From Alkalispirochaeta sp. (GTDB lineage: Bacteria > Spirochaetota > Spirochaetia > DSM-27196 > Alkalispirochaetaceae): a stretch of 35,205 nt of DNA. Below, piece after piece: positions 1 to 8,487 of this stretch. Each line of letters opens with the position of its first letter. The first letter of the stretch is position 1. Location: positions 1 through 35,205 of the forward strand of contig JBAYPC010000001.1 of the NCBI GenBank assembly GCA_041677905.1. Direction: 5' to 3'. The notes beneath the pieces were generated by a model, which saw only the letters and a list, made by a program, of their open reading frames with translations, ran no database searches and was not told the DNA's origin. Position numbers and translations under genes: made by a program.

Positions 1-268
1 GGGGACGATGGTTCTTGATGAGGTTGTTTTCAAGCAGCAGCGCCTCGTACTCGTTGGCCGTGAGGACATAGTCGATGGTAACCACTCGGGACATGAGCAC
101 CCGGGTCTTGACCGGCAGGTCTTCGGCAAAATACGAGCGCAGACGGGCACGCATGTTCTTGGCCTTGCCGACATAGATGACGTCACCCGAGGTGTCTTTC
201 ATGATGTATACCCCGGCACCGGTGGGATATTCGCGAATATCGATTTTCAGTTGGTCTTTGAGTTCCAT
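1..268 (-). CDS. uvrC: Excinuclease ABC subunit C, N-terminal part (runs off the window edge)
   Basis: Manual reverse-complement translation from ATG at 268 gives MELKDQLKIDIREYPTGAGVYIMKDTSGDVIYVGKAKNMRARLRSYF...ANEYEALLLENNLIKNHRP, the GIY-YIG nuclease domain typical of UvrC. It is absent from the ORF track because it is truncated. Confidence 0.93.
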   Translation of the reverse strand, partial: MELKDQLKIDIREYPTGAGVYIMKDTSGDVIYVGKAKNMRARLRSYFAEDLPVKTRVLMSRVVTIDYVLTANEYEALLLENNLIKNHRP

Positions 269-301
269 GCGAGATGTGCCGATACCAGAAAATACGAAAC
301 T

Positions 302-1828
302 ATGAACAAACGCGCCACAAACGCGAGACAGTCAGTTCGACTCGTTGTGATTATGAGCCTCATAGGGGGAATGATATCACAAAATGTCTCGGCCCAGACA
401 GTGCGTATCAGTCAGGACCCGCCCGGTCTGGAACGGATCGTTCTCGGCGGGAGAAACGGGTGGGAGCAGGTTCGCCAATTCGACAACGTCGGTCTTGAAT
501 CCGGCTGGAGGGGGGGAAAGGACCTCGTCATTACCGGCTATTCCGATCCTGTAGAAACGGCGGACTTGAGGGCGGAGTTTGACCGTTCGCTGGGAGATTT
601 TGACGGCCCCTACCGTCTGGATCAGTCCGGGACTGTGAGGCACAGTACGCAGATCACCCGTTTTGGAGACGGTGCCGCCGCGTTTGACGGCAGTTCGTTT
701 CTCTCTTTCAAGCCGTCGACGTCGAGTCTGTTTGCGCCGAACACCCAGCCGGGTTCATTTGTGGTTGATATCTGGGTGTATCCGATCCGCATTACCGAGG
801 GGGCGGAGATATTCCATTGGAACGGCGCTCTGGTATTCGGAGGACATCCGGTGCTGCAGGAAATGCGCCTTGTTTTAGATGGTGGACGTTTCCACTGGGT
901 GATGAACAACACTGTTGTCCGGGTCGACAATGACGGCAGACAACAACTGAAGAACGTCACTCTGTCGGCCCGCCGGGGTCCCGTTCCGGGGCGATGGACC
1001 CACCATCGGCTGCGGTATGATGGAGAACGGAGCCAGCTTGCCTATCTGGTCAACGGAACCCCCGAAGCGATCACCTACCTGACCGATTCGGGACGGGAAG
1101 ACGGCGAGCGATTCGCAGTCCTTTTGGGGGTCGATACCGGCGAAGGAGTCATGATCGGAAAGCACTTCCAGGGGGTTGTCGACAGTCTTCACATTGAACG
1201 GGGGGCCGATGTGCCGGTGCGGGTCCGGCGATACACCGGCCGTCCCGGTGAATTTGTTACAGCACCGATTCCCCTGGGTTCTCGTGGTGGTGACATCTAC
1301 GCTATCCGGAGTCGGACCGAGACGCCGGGCAACACTGAAGTGCGGCTGTTCTACCGGGTGGGGAATCGATTTGGCGATGGTCTCTGGCGGCCTGTAACCA
1401 ACGATGGAGTTTTCGAATCGTCCGGAGGTGAGTACCTTCAGCTGCGAGGCGTCCTGTTGAATGACGCATCACATAACCACTCGCCACGCCTGCAGGAACT
1501 GGAAATTCTCTACCGGCCATTCAAACAGCCGCCGGTGCCCGGTGGAATACGGGGACGAAGTGTTCCCGGCGGCGTGGAAATCAGCTGGGATGGGGTGTTC
1601 AGTAAAGACGTGTCTGGATACAGGGTCCTTTTTGGAGAACAGCGCGGGCGGTATCTCGGGACCCCTGAGGTTAACTCTCCGATCTCCGTTGGCAGTGGTA
1701 CGACCGTTGTAATCGACAATCTTGTTCCGGACCGGTCTTACGTCTTTGCAGTTGAAAGCGTAAACCAGTACGGGCAAAGCAGTGCTCTTTCTCGAGAAAT
1801 TGAAGTAAGAGCCGGGGGGATGGACTGA
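302..1828 (+). CDS. Exported protein with a LamG/ConA-like jellyroll domain and a C-terminal fibronectin type III domain
   Basis: Start moved from 8 to ATG 302 because 8-268 is antisense to uvrC. There is a signal-peptide-like N-terminus (MNKR...LVVIMSLIGGMISQNVSA-Q), LamG-like motifs (FVVDIWVYP, WTHHRL..YLVNG, FQGVVDSLHI) and an FN3 pattern (VEISWD..GYRV..NLVPDRSYVFAVESVN..G.SS). Confidence 0.72.
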   Translation: MNKRATNARQSVRLVVIMSLIGGMISQNVSAQTVRISQDPPGLERIVLGGRNGWEQVRQFDNVGLESGWRGGKDLVITGYSDPVETADLRAEFDRSLGDFDGPYRLDQSGTVRHSTQITRFGDGAAAFDGSSFLSFKPSTSSLFAPNTQPGSFVVDIWVYPIRITEGAEIFHWNGALVFGGHPVLQEMRLVLDGGRFHWVMNNTVVRVDNDGRQQLKNVTLSARRGPVPGRWTHHRLRYDGERSQLAYLVNGTPEAITYLTDSGREDGERFAVLLGVDTGEGVMIGKHFQGVVDSLHIERGADVPVRVRRYTGRPGEFVTAPIPLGSRGGDIYAIRSRTETPGNTEVRLFYRVGNRFGDGLWRPVTNDGVFESSGGEYLQLRGVLLNDASHNHSPRLQELEILYRPFKQPPVPGGIRGRSVPGGVEISWDGVFSKDVSGYRVLFGEQRGRYLGTPEVNSPISVGSGTTVVIDNLVPDRSYVFAVESVNQYGQSSALSREIEVRAGGMD

Positions 1829-4800
1829 TGAAACATCAGGAACGACTTGACCGGGCCGTGAACGCCTTTCGGGTCAATGACTATGAGGTGGCCGCGAACC
1901 TGACACGTGATCTGCTCCGCGATTTTCCCGATCTTACGGCGGCGCACGTCCTGCTTGGAACGATATACGGAAAGCAAAAACGGTATGCCCCTGCCATTGA
2001 GTCGTACGAATATGCGGTCGCTCTCGATCCCCGGAACTACGAGGCGCTGAATAACCTGGCCGTCATCTACCGCCAGACCGGCGATACCGAACACGCCCTG
2101 GAAACGATCAGGAAAGCACTGAAGTACGACGGTCAAAACGGTGAGATCTACTATAACCTTGGAAATATCCACAAGGATCTGGGTAACTACCCCGAGGCGA
2201 TCGAAGCGTATGAAAAGGCTATCAAGACAGACCCGACGCTGACTGTGGCGTACAACAACCTTGGTACTCTTTTTGACACCCAGGGCAGACACGATGAAGC
2301 TCTTGAGGTATTCCGGAAAGGGTTGGAACAGGATGGTAACCACCCGACCCTCCACTACAATTTGGGAAATAGTTACCAGGCCATGGGGCGTCTTGAGGAG
2401 GCGCGGAAGAGTTACGAAATTGTGCGCCGGACCCGACCTGGTTGGGGAGAGGCGCTCAACAACCTCGGTGTTGTTCTGGACAAGATGGACGCTCTGGACG
2501 AGGCGCAGGAGATCTACTCTGAACTCCTTGAGCTTCAGCCCGAAAACCACACCGCCCGAAACAACCTGGGGACCGTCCTTGCCCGACAGGGACGTGTGGA
2601 CGACGCGATTCGCCACTTTCAGGCGGCGCTGAACCAGTCACCTCAATATGCACGGGCGGCCGGTAACCTGGGGCAGCTGGCGGAGCACGCCCAGGATGTC
2701 GTTGAGGCGCGCAGAATTCTGCAGAATCTGATACAACAGGACCCCGACAACACCCGACTGCGCAAGAGCCTCGCCCGGGTATACACCAAGTCAAATATGC
2801 ATGATCAGGCGGCGGCCGCCTGGGAACGGGTCGTTTCAGACGATCCTCACAACCTGGACGCACAAAGAGATCTGGGACTGGCTCAGTACCGCAGCGGTAA
2901 ACGGGATCTCGGTGAGGCAACTCTGGCGCGATACGCCCAGCAGAACCCCGGAGATTCATCGTATCTGGCCGATCTCGCGGACATCCTTGGGAAGGAAGGG
3001 TTGTACGAAGAGGCTCTGGAATACGCCGACAAGGCAATTCAGACAAACCCCGACGACGTAGCCGGGTTGCTTCGAAGAGCGGAAGCTCTGGCCGGGCTCG
3101 GCCGAAGTGATGACGCAAAAACGGCTCTGGACGAGGCCGACAACCTTACTCCCAATGACTACCGTGTGTTGGCGTCACGGGCAGAGGTTCACCACACGCT
3201 GGGTGACCGGGATGAGGCTCTTGCAGCCGCCGACGAACTCGTATCGCTGCAGGGAAACCGGGGAAGTACGGAAGACCTGGATAACCTCAACAAGAGTTTA
3301 GAACTCTACGAGGAGATGGTTCGCGACTTTGAAGCTGAAAACGCGGAACAGTGGCGTCGGAATCTGGACAGATTGGGCCATCTCGCGCGGCGCGGTTCTG
3401 ATGAGCCGGCCGTATCAGCCATGGACCGGGACGAAACCGGTGACTTGGACGAAGAGTCTATCCCGATTCTGAACTTCGGAGACGACACCCTCAGTGCCGA
3501 AGAAGATGAAGAAGAAGATCAGGATGGCGACGAGATTGACGAGTATCTGGAGTACCTGCCTGACGATCAGCTGGAGCCGGAGATGTTGCGATACGGCGGC
3601 GATGGTTCGGGTAGTGGTGGGGGTGCCGGGGGAGGTATGCCTGATGGACAGCCAGGTATCGGTGACCCCGGAACAACCGACGCACCCGACGCACCCGACG
3701 CAATCGACGATGACGTATTCGGCGAAGGACCGATCAACTCCGGCGATCTGCAGGATATTCCGGTAGATGACGATGAGATGCCCTTTGATTTTGGTGATAC
3801 CCTCGGCGATGCCGACGCCGACGCCGATGCCATGAAAGGGATGCCCTGGAAAAGCCCTCAGGCCCCGCCGATGCCGCTGCCCGAGAAACCGGAACCTACT
3901 CCGGAACCGGAGCCAATCCCAGAACCGGAGCAAATCTCAGACCCAGAGCAAATCTCAGACCCAGCGCCTACGCCGGAACCTGCATTTCCACATGAAGGTG
4001 ACTCGGAGGAAACCGAAGACGAAACCGAGGATGAAGATCAATCGGTAGAACCTGAGGTTGAGCCGGAACCGGAACCCGCGTTCAAACCTGAGCCAAAACC
4101 AAAACAAGAGCCGAAACTTGAGCCAAGACCTGAACCAAAACCCGTGGCAAAACCGGTGGGTGAACCCGAGCCGGAGCCTGAACCACCTCTTGATGACGAG
4201 TCAGACACAGGTCCTCCGGAAAGTCCTCAAGAAGAGGATTACCCGGAAGAAGAACCCACCGAAGACGTTTTACCCGACGAAGTTCCGGAAGAACCGTCGG
4301 AGCCCTCTGCTCCCGCCGCAACACATCCACCTGCGGAGCCGGAAAAAGAGCCTGAAAAAGAGCCTGAAATTGCCCGGACCGATCCGCCGCCGTTAGAAAC
4401 GGTGCCCCCGGACGGTGGGGTGCCTCAACCGGCCGGACCTCAGGAAACACCCGGTGAACCGGCTCCTCCTGTGGCCGGACCACCTCCCCCTGGAGCCGAA
4501 AGCGCCCAGGACCCGACGCAAGACCCGGCTCAGGACCCGACGCAAGGTACTGCCCCGGGACCTGCAGCACAACCCCGGGAAGGTACGGAAGACGTCCCCA
4601 AACCGGACCCGTCATTGCGACGCAAACTCAAGGAGATGATCGAGAAACTCCGGGACAAGTTGGCGCCGCCGCCTGAACCGGAGGTACCGCCGTCTGAAGA
4701 CACCCCCTTCGGTAAGCACGCCCGTCTCTTCAAGTACCTTATGGGCCTGGCCGGAAGCCTGCCGCCCGACCGGGACAGGGAGTATCAAAACAGTGAGGAA

Positions 4801-5070
4801 CGGCTGAAACTGGCAGGGCTGCACGCTCGACTCAGCGGACGTGAAACGCTCCGTGACAAACTCGATAGACTCAGAAAAAAGCAAGGAACACCGGCGGAAG
4901 AGAAGACCTCTGTCGACACATCGCTGGACCGGAAGAAAATCGCTGCGACTTTTGACTACATCGGTGACGTGAGCACTTATTTACCGGATAAAGATATCGG
5001 TGAACAGCTGCGGACCCGTGCCACCGCAGTGTCTATCGAACTACTGAAACCGAACCAGGAAGACACCTGA
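1828..5070 (+). CDS. Tetratricopeptide-repeat protein with a long acidic Pro/Glu-rich linker and a C-terminal helical region
   Basis: Repeated TPR consensus (AYNNLG, YYNLGN, ALNNLG) over roughly the first 480 aa, then about 400 aa of D/E/P-rich low complexity, then a charged helical C-terminus. The start overlaps the upstream stop (TGATG). Confidence 0.88.
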   Translation: MKHQERLDRAVNAFRVNDYEVAANLTRDLLRDFPDLTAAHVLLGTIYGKQKRYAPAIESYEYAVALDPRNYEALNNLAVIYRQTGDTEHALETIRKALKYDGQNGEIYYNLGNIHKDLGNYPEAIEAYEKAIKTDPTLTVAYNNLGTLFDTQGRHDEALEVFRKGLEQDGNHPTLHYNLGNSYQAMGRLEEARKSYEIVRRTRPGWGEALNNLGVVLDKMDALDEAQEIYSELLELQPENHTARNNLGTVLARQGRVDDAIRHFQAALNQSPQYARAAGNLGQLAEHAQDVVEARRILQNLIQQDPDNTRLRKSLARVYTKSNMHDQAAAAWERVVSDDPHNLDAQRDLGLAQYRSGKRDLGEATLARYAQQNPGDSSYLADLADILGKEGLYEEALEYADKAIQTNPDDVAGLLRRAEALAGLGRSDDAKTALDEADNLTPNDYRVLASRAEVHHTLGDRDEALAAADELVSLQGNRGSTEDLDNLNKSLELYEEMVRDFEAENAEQWRRNLDRLGHLARRGSDEPAVSAMDRDETGDLDEESIPILNFGDDTLSAEEDEEEDQDGDEIDEYLEYLPDDQLEPEMLRYGGDGSGSGGGAGGGMPDGQPGIGDPGTTDAPDAPDAIDDDVFGEGPINSGDLQDIPVDDDEMPFDFGDTLGDADADADAMKGMPWKSPQAPPMPLPEKPEPTPEPEPIPEPEQISDPEQISDPAPTPEPAFPHEGDSEETEDETEDEDQSVEPEVEPEPEPAFKPEPKPKQEPKLEPRPEPKPVAKPVGEPEPEPEPPLDDESDTGPPESPQEEDYPEEEPTEDVLPDEVPEEPSEPSAPAATHPPAEPEKEPEKEPEIARTDPPPLETVPPDGGVPQPAGPQETPGEPAPPVAGPPPPGAESAQDPTQDPAQDPTQGTAPGPAAQPREGTEDVPKPDPSLRRKLKEMIEKLRDKLAPPPEPEVPPSEDTPFGKHARLFKYLMGLAGSLPPDRDREYQNSEERLKLAGLHARLSGRETLRDKLDRLRKKQGTPAEEKTSVDTSLDRKKIAATFDYIGDVSTYLPDKDIGEQLRTRATAVSIELLKPNQEDT
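3925..3960 (+). repeat. In-frame 18-bp tandem duplication encoding PEQISD x2
   Basis: ccggagcaaatctcagac followed by ccagagcaaatctcagac (one mismatch). Confidence 0.85.
4507..4545 (+). repeat. In-frame 12-bp tandem repeat encoding QDPT-QDPA-QDPT-Q
   Basis: caggacccgacg caagacccggct caggacccgacg caa. Confidence 0.8.
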
Positions 5071-5092
5071 CCGTCTGCGCATTTGCACAAGG

Positions 5093-5121
5093 TTGTGGAT
5101 ACTTCAAAAGGTTGGCATAAT
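5093..5121 (+). promoter_or_regulatory. Putative sigma70 promoter with extended -10 for pheS (probably a leaderless mRNA)
   Basis: TTGTGG (5093-5098), 17-bp spacer, TGg-CATAAT (5116-5121). ATG 5129 follows 7 nt later with no Shine-Dalgarno. Confidence 0.55.
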
Positions 5122-5128
5122 GCGCGCC

Positions 5129-6685
5129 ATGGTTTCCGAAGCAACTCTCAAGAGTCTTCACCCCCTGGAAGTGAAGACTCTCCTCCATTTTGACGGTGAT
5201 ACCGAATTTGACGCTGCCGGAATTGAAGCCGACCTGGGCCTGAAACTGGGCCAGTGTAATCAGGCTATCAGCTGGCTCCAGGCGAAGGCGTATATCGCCG
5301 AAACACGACGGGAAGAGCACATCTTTTACGAACGTACCGATCTCGGGACGGAGTTCGCGGAAAAAGGGACGCCCACAGAGCGAATCATTTCCACAATCGC
5401 CAAAGAAGGCCCTTTGACCATGCCTGAGCTTGCCGCGGCGGCGGGGCTTGAAAAGAAGGATGTAGGATCTTCTTTTGGACAGCTCTCAAAACAGGGTGTA
5501 CTCGCCATGGACGATGAAAAGCGTGTCGGTTTTCCTTCGTCTTCAACCCCGGACGTACCGTCGGTAGATCAACTGCTGCGGCAACTTCTAAAGAAGGCGG
5601 GAACGGAAGAACTGGTCCACGGGGACCTTTCACCGGAGCAGCAGCGGGCCATTGCCCCAAACGCCAAAAAGCGCGGTGCCTCATCGGCCATGTTTCGCAT
5701 AATCGAGCGGGAGATAGTGTTCTATCGATTGACGAAAGAGGGGCTCTCAATCAGGGCCGCTCTGGCCGATGCCGGGATGACCGGAGAAGAAATTGGGCGG
5801 TTGACTCCCGAAATGCTGCGTGACGGCACGTGGCGGGGAAAAACGTTCCGAGAATACGGCGTTAACGCACCGACAAGTCGCCTTGTTCCGGGTCGCCGAA
5901 ACCCCTACTGTGAATACCTCGATTCCGTCAAAGACAAACTCGTCTCCCTCGGTTTTCAGGAGTTTGACGGCCCTCTGGTAGAAACGGAGTTCTGGAACTC
6001 CGATGCCCTTTTTATGCCCCAGTTTCACTCGGCCAGGGATATCCACGACGTATACTACGTCAAGGAACCGAGCCACGCCCGAGAGATAGAAGAGCCCTAC
6101 CTCTCCCACATCGCACAAACACACGAAGACGGGTGGAACACCGGCAGCCGCGGGTGGGGGTACTCCTTCGACCGCGACTTTACCCGGCGGCTCATTCTGC
6201 GCAGCCAGGGTACGGTCATGTCCGCAAAAACACTCCGCACCGCGAAAATACCGGGAAAGTACTTCGGAATACTCCGCTGTTTTCGCTACGACCAGGTCGA
6301 TGCGACCCACCTGTCCGACTTTTACCAGACCGAAGGCATCGTCCTTGGAGACGAGGTAAACCTGAAGAACCTTCTTGGCCTCCTGGAGATGTTTGCCGTC
6401 GAGCTCGCCGGAGCAACCGAGGTCAAATACGTCCCGGGGTACTTCCCCTTTACGGAGCCGTCCGTAGAAGTTCACATCAAACACCCCGAATTGGGTTGGT
6501 TTGAGCTGGGCGGATCGGGGATTTTCCGGCCGGAAGTGACCAAACCCATGGGAGTGGACGTTCCCGTTCTGGCATGGGGCCTCGGTATCGACCGGATGGC
6601 TCTGATGCATCTCGGACTGAACGACCTGCGTGAGCTCTTCAGTCCCGACCTCGAAAAAGTGCGCCTCCGTCGCCGGACCGTCTAA
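5129..6685 (+). CDS. pheS: Phenylalanine--tRNA ligase alpha subunit (long, archaeal/eukaryotic type)
   Basis: Class II aaRS motifs FWNSDALFMPQFHSARD, FRYDQVDATHLSDFYQTEG, YFPFTEPS, GSGIFRPE and AWGLGIDR, with a long N-terminal extension. The start could be 5120 or 5129. Confidence 0.95.
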   Translation: MVSEATLKSLHPLEVKTLLHFDGDTEFDAAGIEADLGLKLGQCNQAISWLQAKAYIAETRREEHIFYERTDLGTEFAEKGTPTERIISTIAKEGPLTMPELAAAAGLEKKDVGSSFGQLSKQGVLAMDDEKRVGFPSSSTPDVPSVDQLLRQLLKKAGTEELVHGDLSPEQQRAIAPNAKKRGASSAMFRIIEREIVFYRLTKEGLSIRAALADAGMTGEEIGRLTPEMLRDGTWRGKTFREYGVNAPTSRLVPGRRNPYCEYLDSVKDKLVSLGFQEFDGPLVETEFWNSDALFMPQFHSARDIHDVYYVKEPSHAREIEEPYLSHIAQTHEDGWNTGSRGWGYSFDRDFTRRLILRSQGTVMSAKTLRTAKIPGKYFGILRCFRYDQVDATHLSDFYQTEGIVLGDEVNLKNLLGLLEMFAVELAGATEVKYVPGYFPFTEPSVEVHIKHPELGWFELGGSGIFRPEVTKPMGVDVPVLAWGLGIDRMALMHLGLNDLRELFSPDLEKVRLRRRTV

Positions 6686-6696
6686 GGAGTAGTTAT

Positions 6697-8487
6697 ATGC
6701 CGAAAATTGAAGTCTACCGGGACGTACTGGTTTCATCTATCGGTGCCGGTTCCCTGAGCGACCACCAGTTGGAAGAGATTTTTCCCGCAGCCAAGGCGGA
6801 GCTGGACGAGCCGGCCGACGCCAACGGTATTATGAAGGTCGAGTTGAACGACACCAACCGCCCCGATCTTTGGTCTACCGCCGGCCTTGGACGGCAGCTG
6901 AGGATTTACAAGGGTGCGGGCGCACCGAAGTACACCTTCTTCTCCGACGCTTCGGTCCGGAGGGAGCACGGAAACCGCCGCGTTGTTGTGGACAAATCAG
7001 TCCAGAAGGTGCGCCCCTGGGTGGTGGGTTTCGTCATGACCGGTAAACCCATCAGCGAGGCGATGCTGAAAGACCTCATTCAGACCCAGGAAAAACTCAC
7101 CTGGAACTACGGCCGCAAGCGCCGGTCCATAGCAATGGGCGTCTACCGGTCCGATCTGATCGCCTATCCCGTTCATTACCGCGCCGTTGATCCGGATACC
7201 ACTCGGTTTACCCCGTTGCAGTCCGACCGGGAGCTCTCCATGCGGGAAATTTTGACGGAACACCCAAAAGGTCAGGAATTCGGTCACATCGTTGCAGACG
7301 AAAAGCTCTTTCCCCTGCTGACCGATGACGACGGTGAAGTTCTCAGTTTCCCGCCGGTCATCAACAGCGCAACTCTCGGGGCCGTTCAGGAAGGGGACGC
7401 CTCTCTGTTTATCGAACTGACAGGCAGCGACCTGGACTCACTCCTCCACGCCGCTTCAATTGTCGCCTGTGATATCGACGATATGGGGTATACCGTTGAA
7501 CCGGTCCAGGTCGAATACCCCTATGACACGCCGTATGGCCGGAATATCACCGTTCCCTACTACTTCCAGAAACCCCAGTCCGCCGCCTTAAGCGAGATCA
7601 ACGCCCTTCTCGGAGAAACACTGTCTCTGGACGAAGTTGTCACCGCACTGAAGCACATGGGGATCACCGCCACCGAAATAGCCGGCTCAACCGGCACCAG
7701 GGGGTCCGCAGAGGTCCTGATCCGCGTTCCCGAGTACCGGAACGATTTTCTTCACGCCGTGGATATCGTGGAAGACGTGATGATCGGACGGGGAATGGAC
7801 AGTTTTGCACCGGAAATGCCTCGGGACTTTACCGTCGGACGGCTTACACCGTTGGAAGAGTTTACCCGCCGCATCAAGAGCACCATGGTCGGCCTTGGTT
7901 TCCAGGAGATGATCTTCAACTACCTCGGCTCAGGGAAAGACTATATCGAACTCATGTACGATGAACTGGACCGGGAAGCGGCGTTTGCCCGGGCCGTGCG
8001 TATCGCCAATCCCATGAGCGAAAACTACGAGTATGTCCGCCCGTCGGTTCTACCCTCTTTACTGGCGTCGGAATCGGTCAGCGGAAATGCAGTCTATCCA
8101 CATCACATCTTCGAGTCCGGTAAAGTCGCAGTTCGGGACGACGACGAGGTTACCGGAACGGCTACCAGAACTACCCTCGGGTTTCTCAGTGCCGACCGGG
8201 AAGCCGGTTTCAATATGATAAATTCTCACGTATCGGCTATACTTTTTTACATGGGACGGGACTACGAACTCCGGGACGTTCGGGATTCCCGTTTTATTCC
8301 CGGCAGGGCTGCACAGATTGTGGCGCCGGGAACCGGTAAAAAAGGAAAGGCCCCCTCGGTTCTCGGGGTTTTCGGTGAACTGCATCCCCGAGTTCTTGAA
8401 AACTGGGGTGTGCAAGTTCCATGTACGGCCGGAGAACTGATTCTGGAGAGGTTGCTGGAACAAGGTGGTAGAGGTTCAACCGACTGA
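6697..8487 (+). CDS. pheT: Phenylalanine--tRNA ligase beta subunit (short, archaeal/eukaryotic type)
   Basis: NRPDLWS, QEKL, VLSFPPVINS, RNDFLHAVDIVEDV and NPMSENY..RPSVLPSLL motifs. It is 596 aa, has SD AAGGAG, and lies directly after pheS. Confidence 0.95.
   Translation: MPKIEVYRDVLVSSIGAGSLSDHQLEEIFPAAKAELDEPADANGIMKVELNDTNRPDLWSTAGLGRQLRIYKGAGAPKYTFFSDASVRREHGNRRVVVDKSVQKVRPWVVGFVMTGKPISEAMLKDLIQTQEKLTWNYGRKRRSIAMGVYRSDLIAYPVHYRAVDPDTTRFTPLQSDRELSMREILTEHPKGQEFGHIVADEKLFPLLTDDDGEVLSFPPVINSATLGAVQEGDASLFIELTGSDLDSLLHAASIVACDIDDMGYTVEPVQVEYPYDTPYGRNITVPYYFQKPQSAALSEINALLGETLSLDEVVTALKHMGITATEIAGSTGTRGSAEVLIRVPEYRNDFLHAVDIVEDVMIGRGMDSFAPEMPRDFTVGRLTPLEEFTRRIKSTMVGLGFQEMIFNYLGSGKDYIELMYDELDREAAFARAVRIANPMSENYEYVRPSVLPSLLASESVSGNAVYPHHIFESGKVAVRDDDEVTGTATRTTLGFLSADREAGFNMINSHVSAILFYMGRDYELRDVRDSRFIPGRAAQIVAPGTGKKGKAPSVLGVFGELHPRVLENWGVQVPCTAGELILERLLEQGGRGSTD

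Noticed and set aside
8-301. N-terminal 98 aa of the 606-aa ORF in the track
   Set aside because: It is the antisense shadow of uvrC; a signal-peptide-like start lies at 302.
1738-2616. 292-aa minus-strand ORF
   Set aside because: Antisense to the well-supported TPR gene, with no recognisable motifs.
3860-4560. TonB-like call for the EPEP/KPEP region
   Set aside because: No N-terminal TM anchor and no recognisable TonB C-terminal domain; the similarity is only compositional.
5071-5128. T-box or pheM-type attenuator before pheS
   Set aside because: The intergenic space is under 60 bp, with no Phe-rich leader peptide or terminator.
5747-6736. 329-aa minus-strand ORF
   Set aside because: Antisense shadow of pheS, expected from codon bias.
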